From NCBI GenBank assembly GCA_046538485.1, contig JBKHIT010000016.1, positions 18,726 to 82,725 of the forward strand: a stretch of DNA of 64,000 nt. Reading direction: 5' to 3'. Numbering within the stretch: the first letter of the stretch is position 1; each line of letters opens with the position of its first letter. The position numbers and the translations under genes were made by a program. The notes below the pieces were generated by a model that was given only the letters and a program-made list of their open reading frames with translations, did no database searches and was not told where the DNA came from. The DNA is from Candidatus Brocadiia bacterium (GTDB lineage: Bacteria > Planctomycetota > Brocadiia > SM23-32). Of this stretch, positions 10,906 to 21,347 are shown piece by piece.

Positions 10906-11248
10906 GGCGCGAGCCCCGGAGCTGTTGTGGCCGGGATTTGTGGTCAGGCGTGTTCCAAGCTCCAGCCCACCCCGGAGAACGGAGTGAAGTGAACCCGGGG
11001 GAGATGTGACGTATCGAGAATACGGGAGTCCCGAAGGGCCGAGGCAACCGAATACACATTGAGGGCAATAGGAAAAACGCGTAAACGTAACCGGCTCCGG
11101 AACTTCTGCGTCAACCCTTCGGGGTTGGGAAATTATGTGGCATGTCCGGGATCCCGGGGCTTGCCCGAACAACGGGTGCTTTCGCCGTAAGGCGCACCGA
11201 ACTCTGCCATTCACCGTAATCACAGAGGGCGGCAAATGTCTTTGGATT

Positions 11249-11713
11249 TCAACTCCCCCGCTCTTGTTCTTCCCTCTCCAGCTGCTTGAGTTTCTGCAAC
11301 CGTCGGCGATGGCGTTCTTCGCCGGTGAACCGGGCTTCCAGAAACGCTCGGACGAGATCCCACGCCAGTTCCGGTCCCACCACCCGTCCCCCGAGACATA
11401 TTATATTCATATCGTCATGCTCAACGCCCTGGTGCGCGCTGTATTCTTCGGTAATGAGAGCGGCGCGTACGCCCTTCACTTTGTTAGCGGCGACGCATGC
11501 TCCCACGCCGCTACCGCAGATTACAATGCCCCGATCAACTTCGCCGCTGCCCACCGCCCGTGCCAGGGGCGCCGCAAGATCCGGATAGTCGTCATCGGGA
11601 TCGCAGTCTTCCGGGCCGAAATCTTTGACTTCGTAGTTTTCCTGCCGAAGTCGGCGGAGGAGCTCGTTTTTCAGTTCGAATCCACCGTGGTCTGCCGCAA
11701 TTCCGACCAGCAT
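11249..11713 (-). CDS. rpiB: Ribose 5-phosphate isomerase B
   Basis: DHGGFELK, DDYPD, CGSGVG, ANKVKGVRAA, ERHRRR; 8 bp downstream of tkt. Confidence 0.95.
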   Translation of the reverse strand: MLVGIAADHGGFELKNELLRRLRQENYEVKDFGPEDCDPDDDYPDLAAPLARAVGSGEVDRGIVICGSGVGACVAANKVKGVRAALITEEYSAHQGVEHDDMNIICLGGRVVGPELAWDLVRAFLEARFTGEERHRRRLQKLKQLEREEQERGS

Positions 11714-11721
11714 TTTGGACC

Positions 11722-13773
11722 TCAGTCCGATTCCACCATCTCAGAGGCGGTTTGCACTACGTTTTCGACCGTGAAACCGAAGTGCTCGAAATTATCCTTG
11801 TAGGGCGCGCTCGCCCCGAACCGATCGACCGTGATCGTTTCCCCGTCATCTCCGATCCATTCCCGCCAACCTGTCGATGCCCCCGCTTCGACCGCCAGGC
11901 GCGCGCTTACATTTGGCGGGATCACTTTGTCGCGGTAACTCTGCGGCTGTTCGCGGAAGAGCTCCCAGCTGGGGAAACTGACTACCCGGGCATCCACGCC
12001 GTTTTCACGGAGGTGCTCCTGCGCCTCAAGGATAAGTGCAACTTCGCTCCCGCTGGCCATCAGGACGAAGTCCGGTTCTTTGCCTTCTTCGGGTGAGAGC
12101 ACGTAGGCGCCTTTGAAAAGCTCATCGGCCGAAGGATACTTCTCGCGATCGATCACATCCATTTTCTGCCGGGTCAGGACCATCAGCGTGGGACTGTTCT
12201 GACGGCTGACCGCACATCGCCATGCGGCAGCGGCCTCGGTGGGATCCGCGGGGCGAATCACGCAGAGGTTCGGCATCGCCCTCAGAGACGCCAGGTGTTC
12301 CACCGGTTGGTGGGTCGGACCGTCTTCCCCGATCCCGATGGAATCGTGCGTCATGTGATAGATGACCGGCAGCTCCATCATGGCGGCGAGCCGTATGGAA
12401 GGACGGGCGTAATCCGTGAAGACAAAAAAGGTTGCCGCAAACGGTCGCACGCCGCCGTGCAGGGCCATTCCTGAGCATGCGCCGCACATAGCGTGTTCCC
12501 GCACGCCGAAAGCAACGTTACGGTTTTCGTATTGCCCGGGTTTGAAATAATCGGTGTCTTCAAGCAGCGTTTTTGTGGAAGGCGCAAGATCTGCGCTTCC
12601 ACCCAACAGCCACGGAACACGCGAAGCGATTCCCCTCAGGGCATCTCCGCCGGCATTTCTGGTGGCCATCGGACCGTCTTCGGGCTTGAATTGCGGGACT
12701 TCTTCATCCCACCCCTCGGGCAGATCGCCGGAGAGACAGGCGTCGAATTGTTCGCCCAGTTCCGGGTGGCCTTCCCGGTATTTTTCAACTGCCTGGCGCC
12801 ATTCCGCTTCCAATTCTTGCCCCCGCTCGACAGCCTGGCTCATGTGGGCTTTAACCTCTTCAGGGACCCAAAAGTTCTTTTCTTCCGGCCAGCCGTAGAA
12901 ACCTTTCGTCAACTTGATCTCATCGTCGCCAAGGGGCGCGCCATGAGCATCCGGAGTATCCTGCATGTTCGGGGAGCCGTAACCGATGTGAGTCCGGATT
13001 ACAATGATTGAGGGTTTGTCGGGTTCTCCCCGGGCTGTCTCGATCCCCTCCGAGATAGCATCGAGGTCGTTGGCTTTCTCACCCAGATCGATGACCTGCC
13101 ATCCGTAGGCTTTGAAACGCGCCGGGACATCGTCGGAGTACGTAATCTCGGTCTCGCCTTCGATGCTAATGTGGTTGTCATCGTAGATCCAGATCAGTTT
13201 GCCAAGACCCAGGTGCCCGGCCAGTGAGGCGGCTTCATGGGAAGCGCCTTCCATCAGATCGCCATCGCTGCAGAAAGCGTAGGTGTAATGGCCGACGATT
13301 TCCTGTTCGGGTTGATTGAAGATGGCCGCCAGGTGTCTTTCGGCCATGGCCATTCCCACCGAATTCATTACTCCTTGACCGAGGGGACCTGTTGTGGTTT
13401 CGACACCGGGTGTCAACCCGTATTCGGGATGCCCGGGGGTTTTGCTTCCCCATTGCCGGAAGTTTTTGACTTCTTCCAGGGAGAGGTCGTACCCCGTCAG
13501 GTGCAGCATCGCGTACAGCAGCACGCTTGCGTGACCGCAGGACAGCACAAAGCGGTCGCGATTGAACCAATCCGGATTGGCGGGGTTATGTCGCAGGAAT
13601 TTGTGCCACAGCACGTATGAGACAGGTGCCAGGGCCATAGCGGTTCCGGGATGTCCGCTTTCGGCTGCCTGAACTGCGTCCATAGAGAGAGTCCGAATGG
13701 TGTTAATGGAGAGTTGAGCCAGGTCGGCCGTGTCTTTGCCTTCACTTGCTGGTGAAGCAGTTTGTTCGCTCAT
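11722..13773 (-). CDS. tkt: Transketolase
   Basis: [40 protein letters not shown]. Confidence 0.98.
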   Translation of the reverse strand: MSEQTASPASEGKDTADLAQLSINTIRTLSMDAVQAAESGHPGTAMALAPVSYVLWHKFLRHNPANPDWFNRDRFVLSCGHASVLLYAMLHLTGYDLSLEEVKNFRQWGSKTPGHPEYGLTPGVETTTGPLGQGVMNSVGMAMAERHLAAIFNQPEQEIVGHYTYAFCSDGDLMEGASHEAASLAGHLGLGKLIWIYDDNHISIEGETEITYSDDVPARFKAYGWQVIDLGEKANDLDAISEGIETARGEPDKPSIIVIRTHIGYGSPNMQDTPDAHGAPLGDDEIKLTKGFYGWPEEKNFWVPEEVKAHMSQAVERGQELEAEWRQAVEKYREGHPELGEQFDACLSGDLPEGWDEEVPQFKPEDGPMATRNAGGDALRGIASRVPWLLGGSADLAPSTKTLLEDTDYFKPGQYENRNVAFGVREHAMCGACSGMALHGGVRPFAATFFVFTDYARPSIRLAAMMELPVIYHMTHDSIGIGEDGPTHQPVEHLASLRAMPNLCVIRPADPTEAAAAWRCAVSRQNSPTLMVLTRQKMDVIDREKYPSADELFKGAYVLSPEEGKEPDFVLMASGSEVALILEAQEHLRENGVDARVVSFPSWELFREQPQSYRDKVIPPNVSARLAVEAGASTGWREWIGDDGETITVDRFGASAPYKDNFEHFGFTVENVVQTASEMVESD

Positions 13774-14084
13774 TTTTGATCCTGTCAGCAGAAGTATCCG
13801 TTAAATTCTTATTGAATCCAGACATGTTTTGGGGTTTTGGGGTCCACAAGTCACCACCGGGAGCGAATATTGTAGTCGTTTGATCGGTTTTCTTCCAGCG
13901 AAACAGCCTTTGAGGAATTTGCGTCATAACCTGACGATTGCCGGGCAAGCCGTGCGTGAGGCGGACAAGCCTGGCAGAGCAAGCCGGGATTTATGGCATA
14001 GGAGATCGCTGGTTCTGCACACACGGCTTTCCGAGGGAAGAGAAGGTTTTTGCTGGAAGGAAAAAAGACCGGTTGTCGCTTCAG

Positions 14085-15506
14085 TCACTCGTAATCCCGG
14101 TAAATGTTGCGCAGGGCCATGCCGTAGAGCATACCTCGATAGCCGAAACGGAAGAAATCTCCTACCGGAACCCGGACTTTGTTCAGCCGCCAGGGATTCA
14201 CGCGCAGACCAAATAGGTACAGAAGCGAAAACTGACTGTAGAAGTCTTTCAGCGGGAGTTCCGGTTCCACCAGCGTGTGCATGCAGTCGTAGAACGAATA
14301 CGGATCCTCGCAGATGAATTCGTCGCAGGTCTCCTCCCAGAGCGGCGTCCCCGGCGGCGGCGAGAAAACGGTGAATGTAACTTCGGCAGGGGCGATGTCA
14401 TAGACCGTCTGGCGGGTTCTCACAAAATCTTCGGTGGAAAAATCGGGACGAACCATGAGGGCGGCGTGGAGCCCGATCCCGAGACCCCGCAGAATCTGCA
14501 CGGCCCGGCGATTGGTGCCGGGATCGATGCCCTTTTCGTAATCCTCCAGATCCGATTCCGCCATCGATTCGAGTCCGACATACAGCAACGAAAGCCCCGC
14601 CTCTTTCCAGCGGGCAAACAGCTCAGGATGACGGCAGATGGTGTCGGCCCGCGCCCAGCTGATGTATTTTTTGTTGACCTGCCTTTCGATCAACAAATCC
14701 GCGATCCGCTCGCAGCGTTTGGCGTTGATAAACATCTCATCGTCGACAAAGTAGATGTGGTCTTCCGGAACAGATTCGATCTGGTCGACGGCGTCCTCGG
14801 GCGAACGCGGGTAGTATTTCCCGTGAGCGAGATACGGCACGACGCAGAAACGGCAGTGGTGCGGACAGCCGACGCTTGTGCGGAGGGCGGCGGTTTGTGG
14901 GAATAAAGTCGGCAGAATTTCGCGTTTTTCCCCGTGCCAGACGCAGAAATAATTTGACCGTTCCACGAGATCGCGACGGGGATCGGGAACATCTTCCCAG
15001 GGAGGCAGTTCCGGCGGCATTTTGGCGGCCAGTTCATCGAAACCATCGGATTCCGTCGGGAGAAACACATCCTCTTCCGGCAATCCCTGGCCGGAATCAA
15101 GTGCCTGGACGAGCCGGGAAATGACCGAACCGCCCTCCCCCCGCACCACGAGATCGATCGTGCCGGGCAACTTGAAATCCTGCGGGACCATCGTCGCATG
15201 GCACCCGCCCACGATGATTGTAACTTCGCGCAGGGCCTTTTTGGCGCGGGTGGCGAGATCTTTGACCGTTTTTGCCTGGTTTGAATAGGCGGTGAACCCG
15301 ATCACATCCGGCCGGAACCCCCGGATGGCCGCATTGAAAGCCGCCTGGGGATCGGACTCCGATGCCAGATCGAGAATGCGCACCTCGTGAGCGCGGGATA
15401 TACCCCCGGCCACGATCTCCAGAGAAAGCGGTTCCAGGTGAAGAAACCCACGGAGTCGCTGAGCCACTTTCAGGACAATATGGGGCCGGACAAGCAAAAT
15501 TTTCAC
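14085..15506 (-). CDS. Cobalamin-binding-domain radical SAM protein
   Basis: N-terminal B12-binding fold (PDVIGFT, IIVGGCHAT) and CxxxCxxC 'CPHHCRFC'. Start is either GTG 15506 or TTG 15527. Confidence 0.9.
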   Translation of the reverse strand: MKILLVRPHIVLKVAQRLRGFLHLEPLSLEIVAGGISRAHEVRILDLASESDPQAAFNAAIRGFRPDVIGFTAYSNQAKTVKDLATRAKKALREVTIIVGGCHATMVPQDFKLPGTIDLVVRGEGGSVISRLVQALDSGQGLPEEDVFLPTESDGFDELAAKMPPELPPWEDVPDPRRDLVERSNYFCVWHGEKREILPTLFPQTAALRTSVGCPHHCRFCVVPYLAHGKYYPRSPEDAVDQIESVPEDHIYFVDDEMFINAKRCERIADLLIERQVNKKYISWARADTICRHPELFARWKEAGLSLLYVGLESMAESDLEDYEKGIDPGTNRRAVQILRGLGIGLHAALMVRPDFSTEDFVRTRQTVYDIAPAEVTFTVFSPPPGTPLWEETCDEFICEDPYSFYDCMHTLVEPELPLKDFYSQFSLLYLFGLRVNPWRLNKVRVPVGDFFRFGYRGMLYGMALRNIYRDYE

Positions 15507-15600
15507 GACGATATCTCGATGAGTCAATGGGGTGGTATCAGGACAGCGACACTGAAATTATGATAGCACAGACGATCAAATCTGTCACAGCGGTTGGCAG

Positions 15601-16380
15601 GATGAATTCGGGCCGATAACGGACGAGGAACTGGATCACCTTGATGCCGAAACCGCGGCGGCGGAGAAAACCGGTTGCGGTGTGATCGCCAATTTCGGCG
15701 GCACGGGTTTCGGAGATATCGCGCTCGTGCCGGGTCCGTTCCTGAAACACCCCAGGGGAATCCGCGATATCGCCGAGTGGTATATGTCCACCGCTATGCG
15801 CAGAGATTACATTAAGAGCGTTTTCAACAAGCAGCGCGAGTATGCGCTGGAGAATCTCGAATGTATCGAACCGATCGTCGGGGACCGCATCGATGCCGTT
15901 TTTATCTGTGGAACTGATTTTGGCACCCAGGACAGCCAGTTTTGTTCCCCGGAGACGTTCGACGAACTCTGGCTCCCGCAGTACAAAGCGATAAACGACT
16001 GGATTCACGAGCACACAGAGTGGAAGACATTTAAACATTGCTGCGGGGCGGCCGAACGGCTTATGAGCCATTTTATCGAAGCCGGATTCGACATCATAAA
16101 CCCCGTCCAGTGTTCGGCGGCCGGGATGGATCCTTCCCATCTGAAATCATCATACGGTGGCCGGTTGGTATTCTGGGGCGGAGGAGTCGACACGCAGAAA
16201 ACGCTTCCGTTCGGCAGCCCCGAAGAGGTGCGCGAGCAGGTTCTGCGCCGATGTGAGATATTCGCGCCCGGAGGCGGATTCGTGTTCAATTCCATCCATA
16301 ACGTCGTGCCGAATACTCCCGTGGAAAACGCCGTCGCAATGATCGATGCCGTGCACGAGTTCAACGGTTATTCTGTTTGA
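15601..16380 (+). pseudogene. 5'-truncated uroporphyrinogen-decarboxylase/MtaA-like methyltransferase family gene
   Basis: C-terminal motifs GTDFGTQ, HCCG, INPVQCSA, FWGGGVDTQ and GGGFVFNSIHN. Family-like sequence starts about 15601 (DEFGPI), there is an in-frame stop at 15553, and the N-terminal part is missing. Confidence 0.7.
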
Positions 16381-16593
16381 CAGGGCTGACCGAAAAAGGC
16401 AGATTTCAGCATGGGTTCAGCTTGATGGGGAGTTTGGTTTTTGGGCTAAGAGGGACTGAACCCGATCGGGCCGGGAGAGTATGAACGAATCTTCGGTATG
16501 CGAAGGGAAACGGCTGATCCGGGGTTCATAGGCTTGTGGATTGCAGGGACATGTGGATTTAAAAACCCTCTGCGGGACAGAAAGGAGAACGAC

Positions 16594-17286
16594 ATGAGCA
16601 GAAACGGCTTGAGAATGGTGCTGGTGATGGTTTTTATGGGGATGCTCCTGACGGCGATTTCCTACGGGCAGCGCAGTCCATCGCCGCCCCGGACGGCCCG
16701 GCTGGCGGCCCTCGGGATTGCGCGGGCAAATATTGTGGTGCCGGGTAAGTTCCAGATTGCCAGCTCGCTCCCCCGTGAAGAGACCGTCAGGGGAAATGAT
16801 CTCGCGGCGGAAGAATCCGGTGATGAGGACGCATCGGAAGACGATGGCAAAACATATACTTTTCCTGAGGACTGGAAAGAGTTTGTCGCTGACCAATGGA
16901 AAGATGTTTTCGCGCCCCTGGGGATCGTCGGGGGTGTAATGATCCTTGTTGTTGCCGCATTCGCTTTCGTTTTCTGGCTTATGCACGCATTTTTTCTCGT
17001 CTGGGGTGCGAAGAAAGCCGGCATTCGAGAGCGGACACTGACGGGCGCTATGCTCATAACAATAGTGAGCGGAGCAATATCGTTCGTTTTCAAATTACTT
17101 CTCAGCATAGCCATTCCTGCCCACGCCGCAATTGTAGCTTCCCTGGCTGGTTTTTTGATAACGGCCGCAGTAATGACGGTTGTTTTCAAGACAACTTTCT
17201 CAAAAGCGCTTTGGGCTACAGTGCTGGCGTGGGTTCTTCAAATCGTCGTTGTGCTGCTTCTGGTAGTGCTTTTAGTCGGCTGCTGA
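16594..17286 (+). CDS. Membrane protein (signal peptide plus about 4 C-terminal TM helices)
   Basis: AAGGAG RBS before ATG 16594; hydrophobic segments; acidic linker. Confidence 0.7.
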   Translation: MSRNGLRMVLVMVFMGMLLTAISYGQRSPSPPRTARLAALGIARANIVVPGKFQIASSLPREETVRGNDLAAEESGDEDASEDDGKTYTFPEDWKEFVADQWKDVFAPLGIVGGVMILVVAAFAFVFWLMHAFFLVWGAKKAGIRERTLTGAMLITIVSGAISFVFKLLLSIAIPAHAAIVASLAGFLITAAVMTVVFKTTFSKALWATVLAWVLQIVVVLLLVVLLVGC

Positions 17287-17563
17287 GGTGCGCCGGTTGC
17301 ATGTTTCTCCGAAAGAAGAAGCTTCCTCCCAGGACACCCAGGCCTGCCCGGATGGAAGGGTGAAACGGCGAGTTTTTGGTCGATTGACTATTCGCAGAAA
17401 CCCGAGGACAGGGTGCTATTTGCGTTGAGCAGAAGTAATTGTACAGGCGGTATTTAGAGATGGGTAGAAAAAGTTTTTACCCCATAATCCGGCTTTGAAA
17501 GCCACTGAGGACTACGTTTGGCCTGAAGCTCCAGTTTTTCACCCCACCGGTTTCAGGCTCTGT

Positions 17564-18102
17564 CTGGTGTTGGTCCGCCTCAAGTCCAGTTTCGCCCGTT
17601 GGTGGCGGGCTCAGCTGAACTCGAGTCTGCATTTCCGGTGAGCGGACTGGATTTCAGCACCGCCACGCGGGGCTGGAGTTCAGAACGCGGTCCGACGACC
17701 GAATTCTCACACAAAGCCTGGTGTTGCCCGCCTCAAGTCCAGTTTCGCCCGCTGGTGGCGGGCTCAGCTGAACTCGAGTCTACAATTCCGGTGAGCGGAC
17801 TGGATTTCAGCACCGCCACGCGGGGCTGGAGTTCAGAACGCGGTCGAGAAACCTGCTGGGCTCGCGCAGAAACGACAAACGGCAGGTCCGGCTCGGCGAT
17901 CCGGACCTACAGCTCTCGGGCATTTTCCGAAAGTGCGGCCGTTCTTTTCACGAAATATACCCCGCCTCACGTATCCCTGAACAACGAAAACCTGAAGCCA
18001 TCTATCCGGGCCTGACGGCCCGGTCCACAAGCTGGAGAGCCTGTGCTACATGCGTTTGTGGTTTCCGACCCCTGCGGCCTTGTCCCGCGGGTGAGAAAGA
18101 TT
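17564..18102. repeat. Composite REP-like repeat array (copy B) with a ~153-bp tandem duplication
   Basis: Near-identical units at 17564-17692 and 17718-17845. Further modules at 17878-17945 and 18020-18102 are reverse complements of parts of 10450-10905. Confidence 0.85.
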
Positions 18103-18121
18103 AGTTGGCTAGAAACCGCCC

Positions 18122-18726
18122 GATATCGACGAGATGTTCCACGGCCTGGTAGAGGCCTTGAGGGAAGAGCTACCCGATTTCGGACAGCACCTGGCGGCCG
18201 ATTCCAAGGGCATCCAGAGCCACGGGCGGCCCAGGGGCAAAGAGGCCCACCAGAATCTGGCTCAGAAGGCACTGGAGGAAGGTCCTGACCGGCGCCGGGA
18301 CCTGGATGCTGATTTCGGGGTGAAGACCTACAAAGGCAAAAGGGAGGATGGCACGAAGTGGAAAAGCGTGGTCAAGTGGTTTGGTTATAAGTTGCACCTG
18401 ATAATGATGCTTGCGATGGCGCTGGGGCGGGTGAGGCAAAACAGCAGCAAAGGCGCCGGCGGGGAGGACAGGACGGCGCCAACAATAAGAAGTCTGGTAG
18501 GGGCCACTTAGACCGCTCGCAACGGCGCCGCCAAAAAGTAGCCGAAATAGTGCTTCTCTGCGGGAAAGGTGCGTAAGAGAACGGCAGAGTTTCGGCACTA
18601 AACTGCTATTGCCGATTTCCGAAGGAAACCTGAGAAATTTGCGCTCCGTCCGACGGCAGAGTCAGCCGGGATTCTCGGGGGATGTCCGGCTGCCGGCCCC
18701 CGAAAACACCTACAGCGCAAATTCCT
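18122..18726 (+). mobile_element. Internally deleted DDE-type IS remnant (transposase pseudogene to 18511 plus probable right end)
   Basis: 'HLAADSKGI' and 'RRDLDADFGVKTY...WFGYKLHLI' join directly to a C-terminal-like 'MLAMALGRV...RSLV'. Possible terminal IR AGCGCAAATTCC at 18714-18725. Confidence 0.7.
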
Positions 18727-18736
18727 TCATGGGACT

Positions 18737-18784
18737 TTCCTTGCAATAAGGAACCTATGGGGTATAGTTCCTTATAAAAAGGGA
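18737..18784 (+). promoter_or_regulatory. Promoter with tandem palindromic operators
   Basis: TTCCTT-GCAAT-AAGGAA (18737-18753) and TTCCTT-ATAAA-AAGGGA (18768-18784). TTGCAA at 18741 and TATAGT at 18763, 16 bp apart. Confidence 0.55.
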
Positions 18785-19052
18785 GCGAGAGACGTTCTAC
18801 TTCGCCGACGCAAACTCAGAGTGCGATTTTGTGTCAACATGGGGTGGCAGACAGCATCTCATCCAGGTGTGTTATGAATTGCCCCCCGATAACCGGGAGC
18901 GCGAACTTGACGGGATTGTAACCGCTGCCAGACGCCTCGGCCTGCAAGAAGGGCGAATCCTTACCCACCAACAGGCGGAAACGCTTGTTTTCGACGAGAT
19001 CACGGTGCATATCACACCTGTTTTCAGGTGGGCGCTACAGCGAGAACAGTAG
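18780..19052 (+). pseudogene. C-terminal fragment of an AAA+ ATPase/DUF4143-type gene
   Basis: 'FYF....ECDFV...LIQVCYEL...NRERELDG...EGRILT...PVFRWAL' is typical of that C-terminus. In-frame TAG at 18765 and no ATPase domain. Confidence 0.7.
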
Positions 19053-19293
19053 CCCCGACTGCAGGAATTGATACGGTCCTTCGGAATGCGGCTCATTCAA
19101 TAATCCGTAGGTGTTTTGGGTGTCCGCATCCCTGAACGCCAGCGGGGCAGCCAAGGAGTGCAAGGGTTGCTCTGCCGTTCTCCAGCGAGCGCATTCGGGC
19201 ACAGCGTGTGGGTTGCAGCTCAGCCGGGGCTGTCGTAATATGGGAACCGTTTGTCTCAGAGGCGAAACCGGATATGAAATCGAGGAGTTACAG

Positions 19294-20472
19294 ATGTCCG
19301 AGAAGTGCCAGATCCCCCGTTGTATTCAGAAAATCTTCGCAGCCAGCCACTGCAATATCGCGTATATCGGCGGTTCACTGACGGTCGGTGTGGGAGCAAG
19401 CGACGTCTCCCGGACATCCTGGCGGACGCTGTTCACTCAGTACGTCTACGAGACCTACCATCCGAAATACCACTGTCAGGTCAGTGAGGTGATGGGGGCG
19501 ATCGGGGCGAGTGAGTCCTACGCCGCCGCTTTTATGTTGCCGCGCAACGTCACTCCCCATAACCCGGATCTGGCTTTTATCGAGTTTTGTGTCAATGACA
19601 AAACCGCTCCCGATAAAGATCTTGTGATCAAAGGGATGGAAGGGATTGTCCGCAAACTGCTAACCGCCGACAACTCCTGTGACGTCATTATCCTCGGCAC
19701 GGGAGCCCGACCGGGCGCGGATCCAAAACACCCCGACGGGAAGATCGACCAGTCTCTCCACCGGCAGGTGGCCGAGCATTACGATGTGCCTTTTGTGGAT
19801 ATGCAATCTTATATCCTGGAGACACTTGAGGAGCGGGGCGAGAGCTGGGAGGATATCGCCCTGGAATTCGAAGAGAACGATCCTTACCATTTGAATGATT
19901 ATGGCCAGCAGCTTTCTTTTGAGGCCATGCGGGATTGTTTTGAAGAACAGGTCCGTCGGTATCAGCAGGGCGATAAAGTCGATCGCAGTGCGCCGTTGCC
20001 GGATCCCATCGTCTCGGATGAACTCCAGCACATCGAGCTCTACGACCCCTCGAAGAAGAAAAGCGGGGTGAAGCTGGAAGGCAACTGGGACCAGAAAGCC
20101 GACGAGCTTGTTCCCTGGTATTTCGACAATCTGCTGGTCGGCGCGCCGGGAGCGAAGATGGAATTTACTTTTGAAGGAACCGCGGTCGCCGTCTGGGGAC
20201 TGATGTATAACAACGGCCTGAAGGTGAAGGCCAAAATCGACGGGGAGAAGACTCCGGGACCATACCTGCGGCATTTCATCGAGTTCGGCAAAGGCGCGGT
20301 GCTGGCCCATGGCATGGAGAACACCGAACACAAGCTTGAACTGGTGGTATCCGAGCCGAGCAAACGCCACAACAAACTGGATAACCCGAGCGCACAGATC
20401 GCCTACATTGCCGTGGCGTGTCCGCCTTCCGGCGATGAGTCCACGAAAGAGAAGGCCGAGGAAGGGACTTAA
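19294..20472 (+). CDS. SGNH/GDSL hydrolase family protein
   Basis: IAYIGGSLTVG, FIEFCVND, DPYHLNDYG; GAGGAG RBS. Confidence 0.88.
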   Translation: MSEKCQIPRCIQKIFAASHCNIAYIGGSLTVGVGASDVSRTSWRTLFTQYVYETYHPKYHCQVSEVMGAIGASESYAAAFMLPRNVTPHNPDLAFIEFCVNDKTAPDKDLVIKGMEGIVRKLLTADNSCDVIILGTGARPGADPKHPDGKIDQSLHRQVAEHYDVPFVDMQSYILETLEERGESWEDIALEFEENDPYHLNDYGQQLSFEAMRDCFEEQVRRYQQGDKVDRSAPLPDPIVSDELQHIELYDPSKKKSGVKLEGNWDQKADELVPWYFDNLLVGAPGAKMEFTFEGTAVAVWGLMYNNGLKVKAKIDGEKTPGPYLRHFIEFGKGAVLAHGMENTEHKLELVVSEPSKRHNKLDNPSAQIAYIAVACPPSGDESTKEKAEEGT

Positions 20473-20477
20473 GATCA

Positions 20478-20924
20478 ATGTCCGAGTTTCTGCTCAGTCT
20501 GGGAGTTTTTTTCGGCTGGTTTTTGGCATGGGCATTTTCGGCGTTTGTTTTTACCGGATTTACGGTTTTCGTCGCTTCAATCCTGGAACACTACCTGGTT
20601 TTGAGTGAAGATCAGACCTTTCCCCTGTGGGTTTTTGCCCTGTCGGTTTCGCCTGCAGCAGCTTTTCTTGAGAGCTGGACGCTCTGGCCCGTTATAATTT
20701 CGTCGGACTATTTTCCTGCGATACGGTACGGTTCGGTAGCGGCCGGGGTTATATTTGCGCTCGTTGCAATCCTCGTTGTTTTTAAAACCGAGGAAGAAAA
20801 AGATAAATCGGGAGAACTGACGACTCTGGTGGGTTTGCTGCTGGCGGACGGGTTATGTTGTGTTCAGCTTGTGTTCTTCTTCCAGCCCATTCTGAACTAC
20901 ATGCTGGATCTCAATGTCGCGTAA
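20478..20924 (+). CDS. Hypothetical membrane protein
   Basis: 148 aa with about 4 hydrophobic segments, 5 bp after the SGNH gene. Confidence 0.6.
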   Translation: MSEFLLSLGVFFGWFLAWAFSAFVFTGFTVFVASILEHYLVLSEDQTFPLWVFALSVSPAAAFLESWTLWPVIISSDYFPAIRYGSVAAGVIFALVAILVVFKTEEEKDKSGELTTLVGLLLADGLCCVQLVFFFQPILNYMLDLNVA

Positions 20925-21347
20925 GAACCGGACAGATTCTGGCAGCCGGGGGACCTGCTATGGTCAAACTGTGTTTTCGCACGCGGGGTAAGCTGGAAGG
21001 ATCCGTCGGGGTGCGGTATAGGGTATTTTCCGCCGGTAATTTTTCGGCAGCGGACGTGCTTACCCGCCCGCTGTTGTGATAGATCCAACATGGCGTCTCA
21101 CGGTCATTGCCATGGATGCCTGGTACCCCGGTCCGGTGCAGGGCAAAGCCCTGGCGAATGCGGCGGTGAAAGATCTGGGGACGACCTACGCATTTGCGTC
21201 TTCATATCTGGCGGAGGGTATTACGGCGGAGATTGCATCACAGGCTTTGAAACGCGCGATCAAACAATGGAGCGCCAATGCGACAAAGAACCACGCTGTT
21301 TTCATTCCTCCGGATTGAATCAGTCCTGGCAGGATGCCCGACGCTTT

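Noticed and set aside
9991..11235. Several 75-190 aa ORFs
   Set aside because: They overlap repeat modules, have low-complexity translations and lack an RBS or recognisable family.
17564..17845. Possible CRISPR array
   Set aside because: Only two ~128-bp units, no series of unique spacers, and no cas genes.
20950..21318. Short ORFs of 74-80 aa
   Set aside because: No RBS or recognisable motif; may be a fragment but unsupported.
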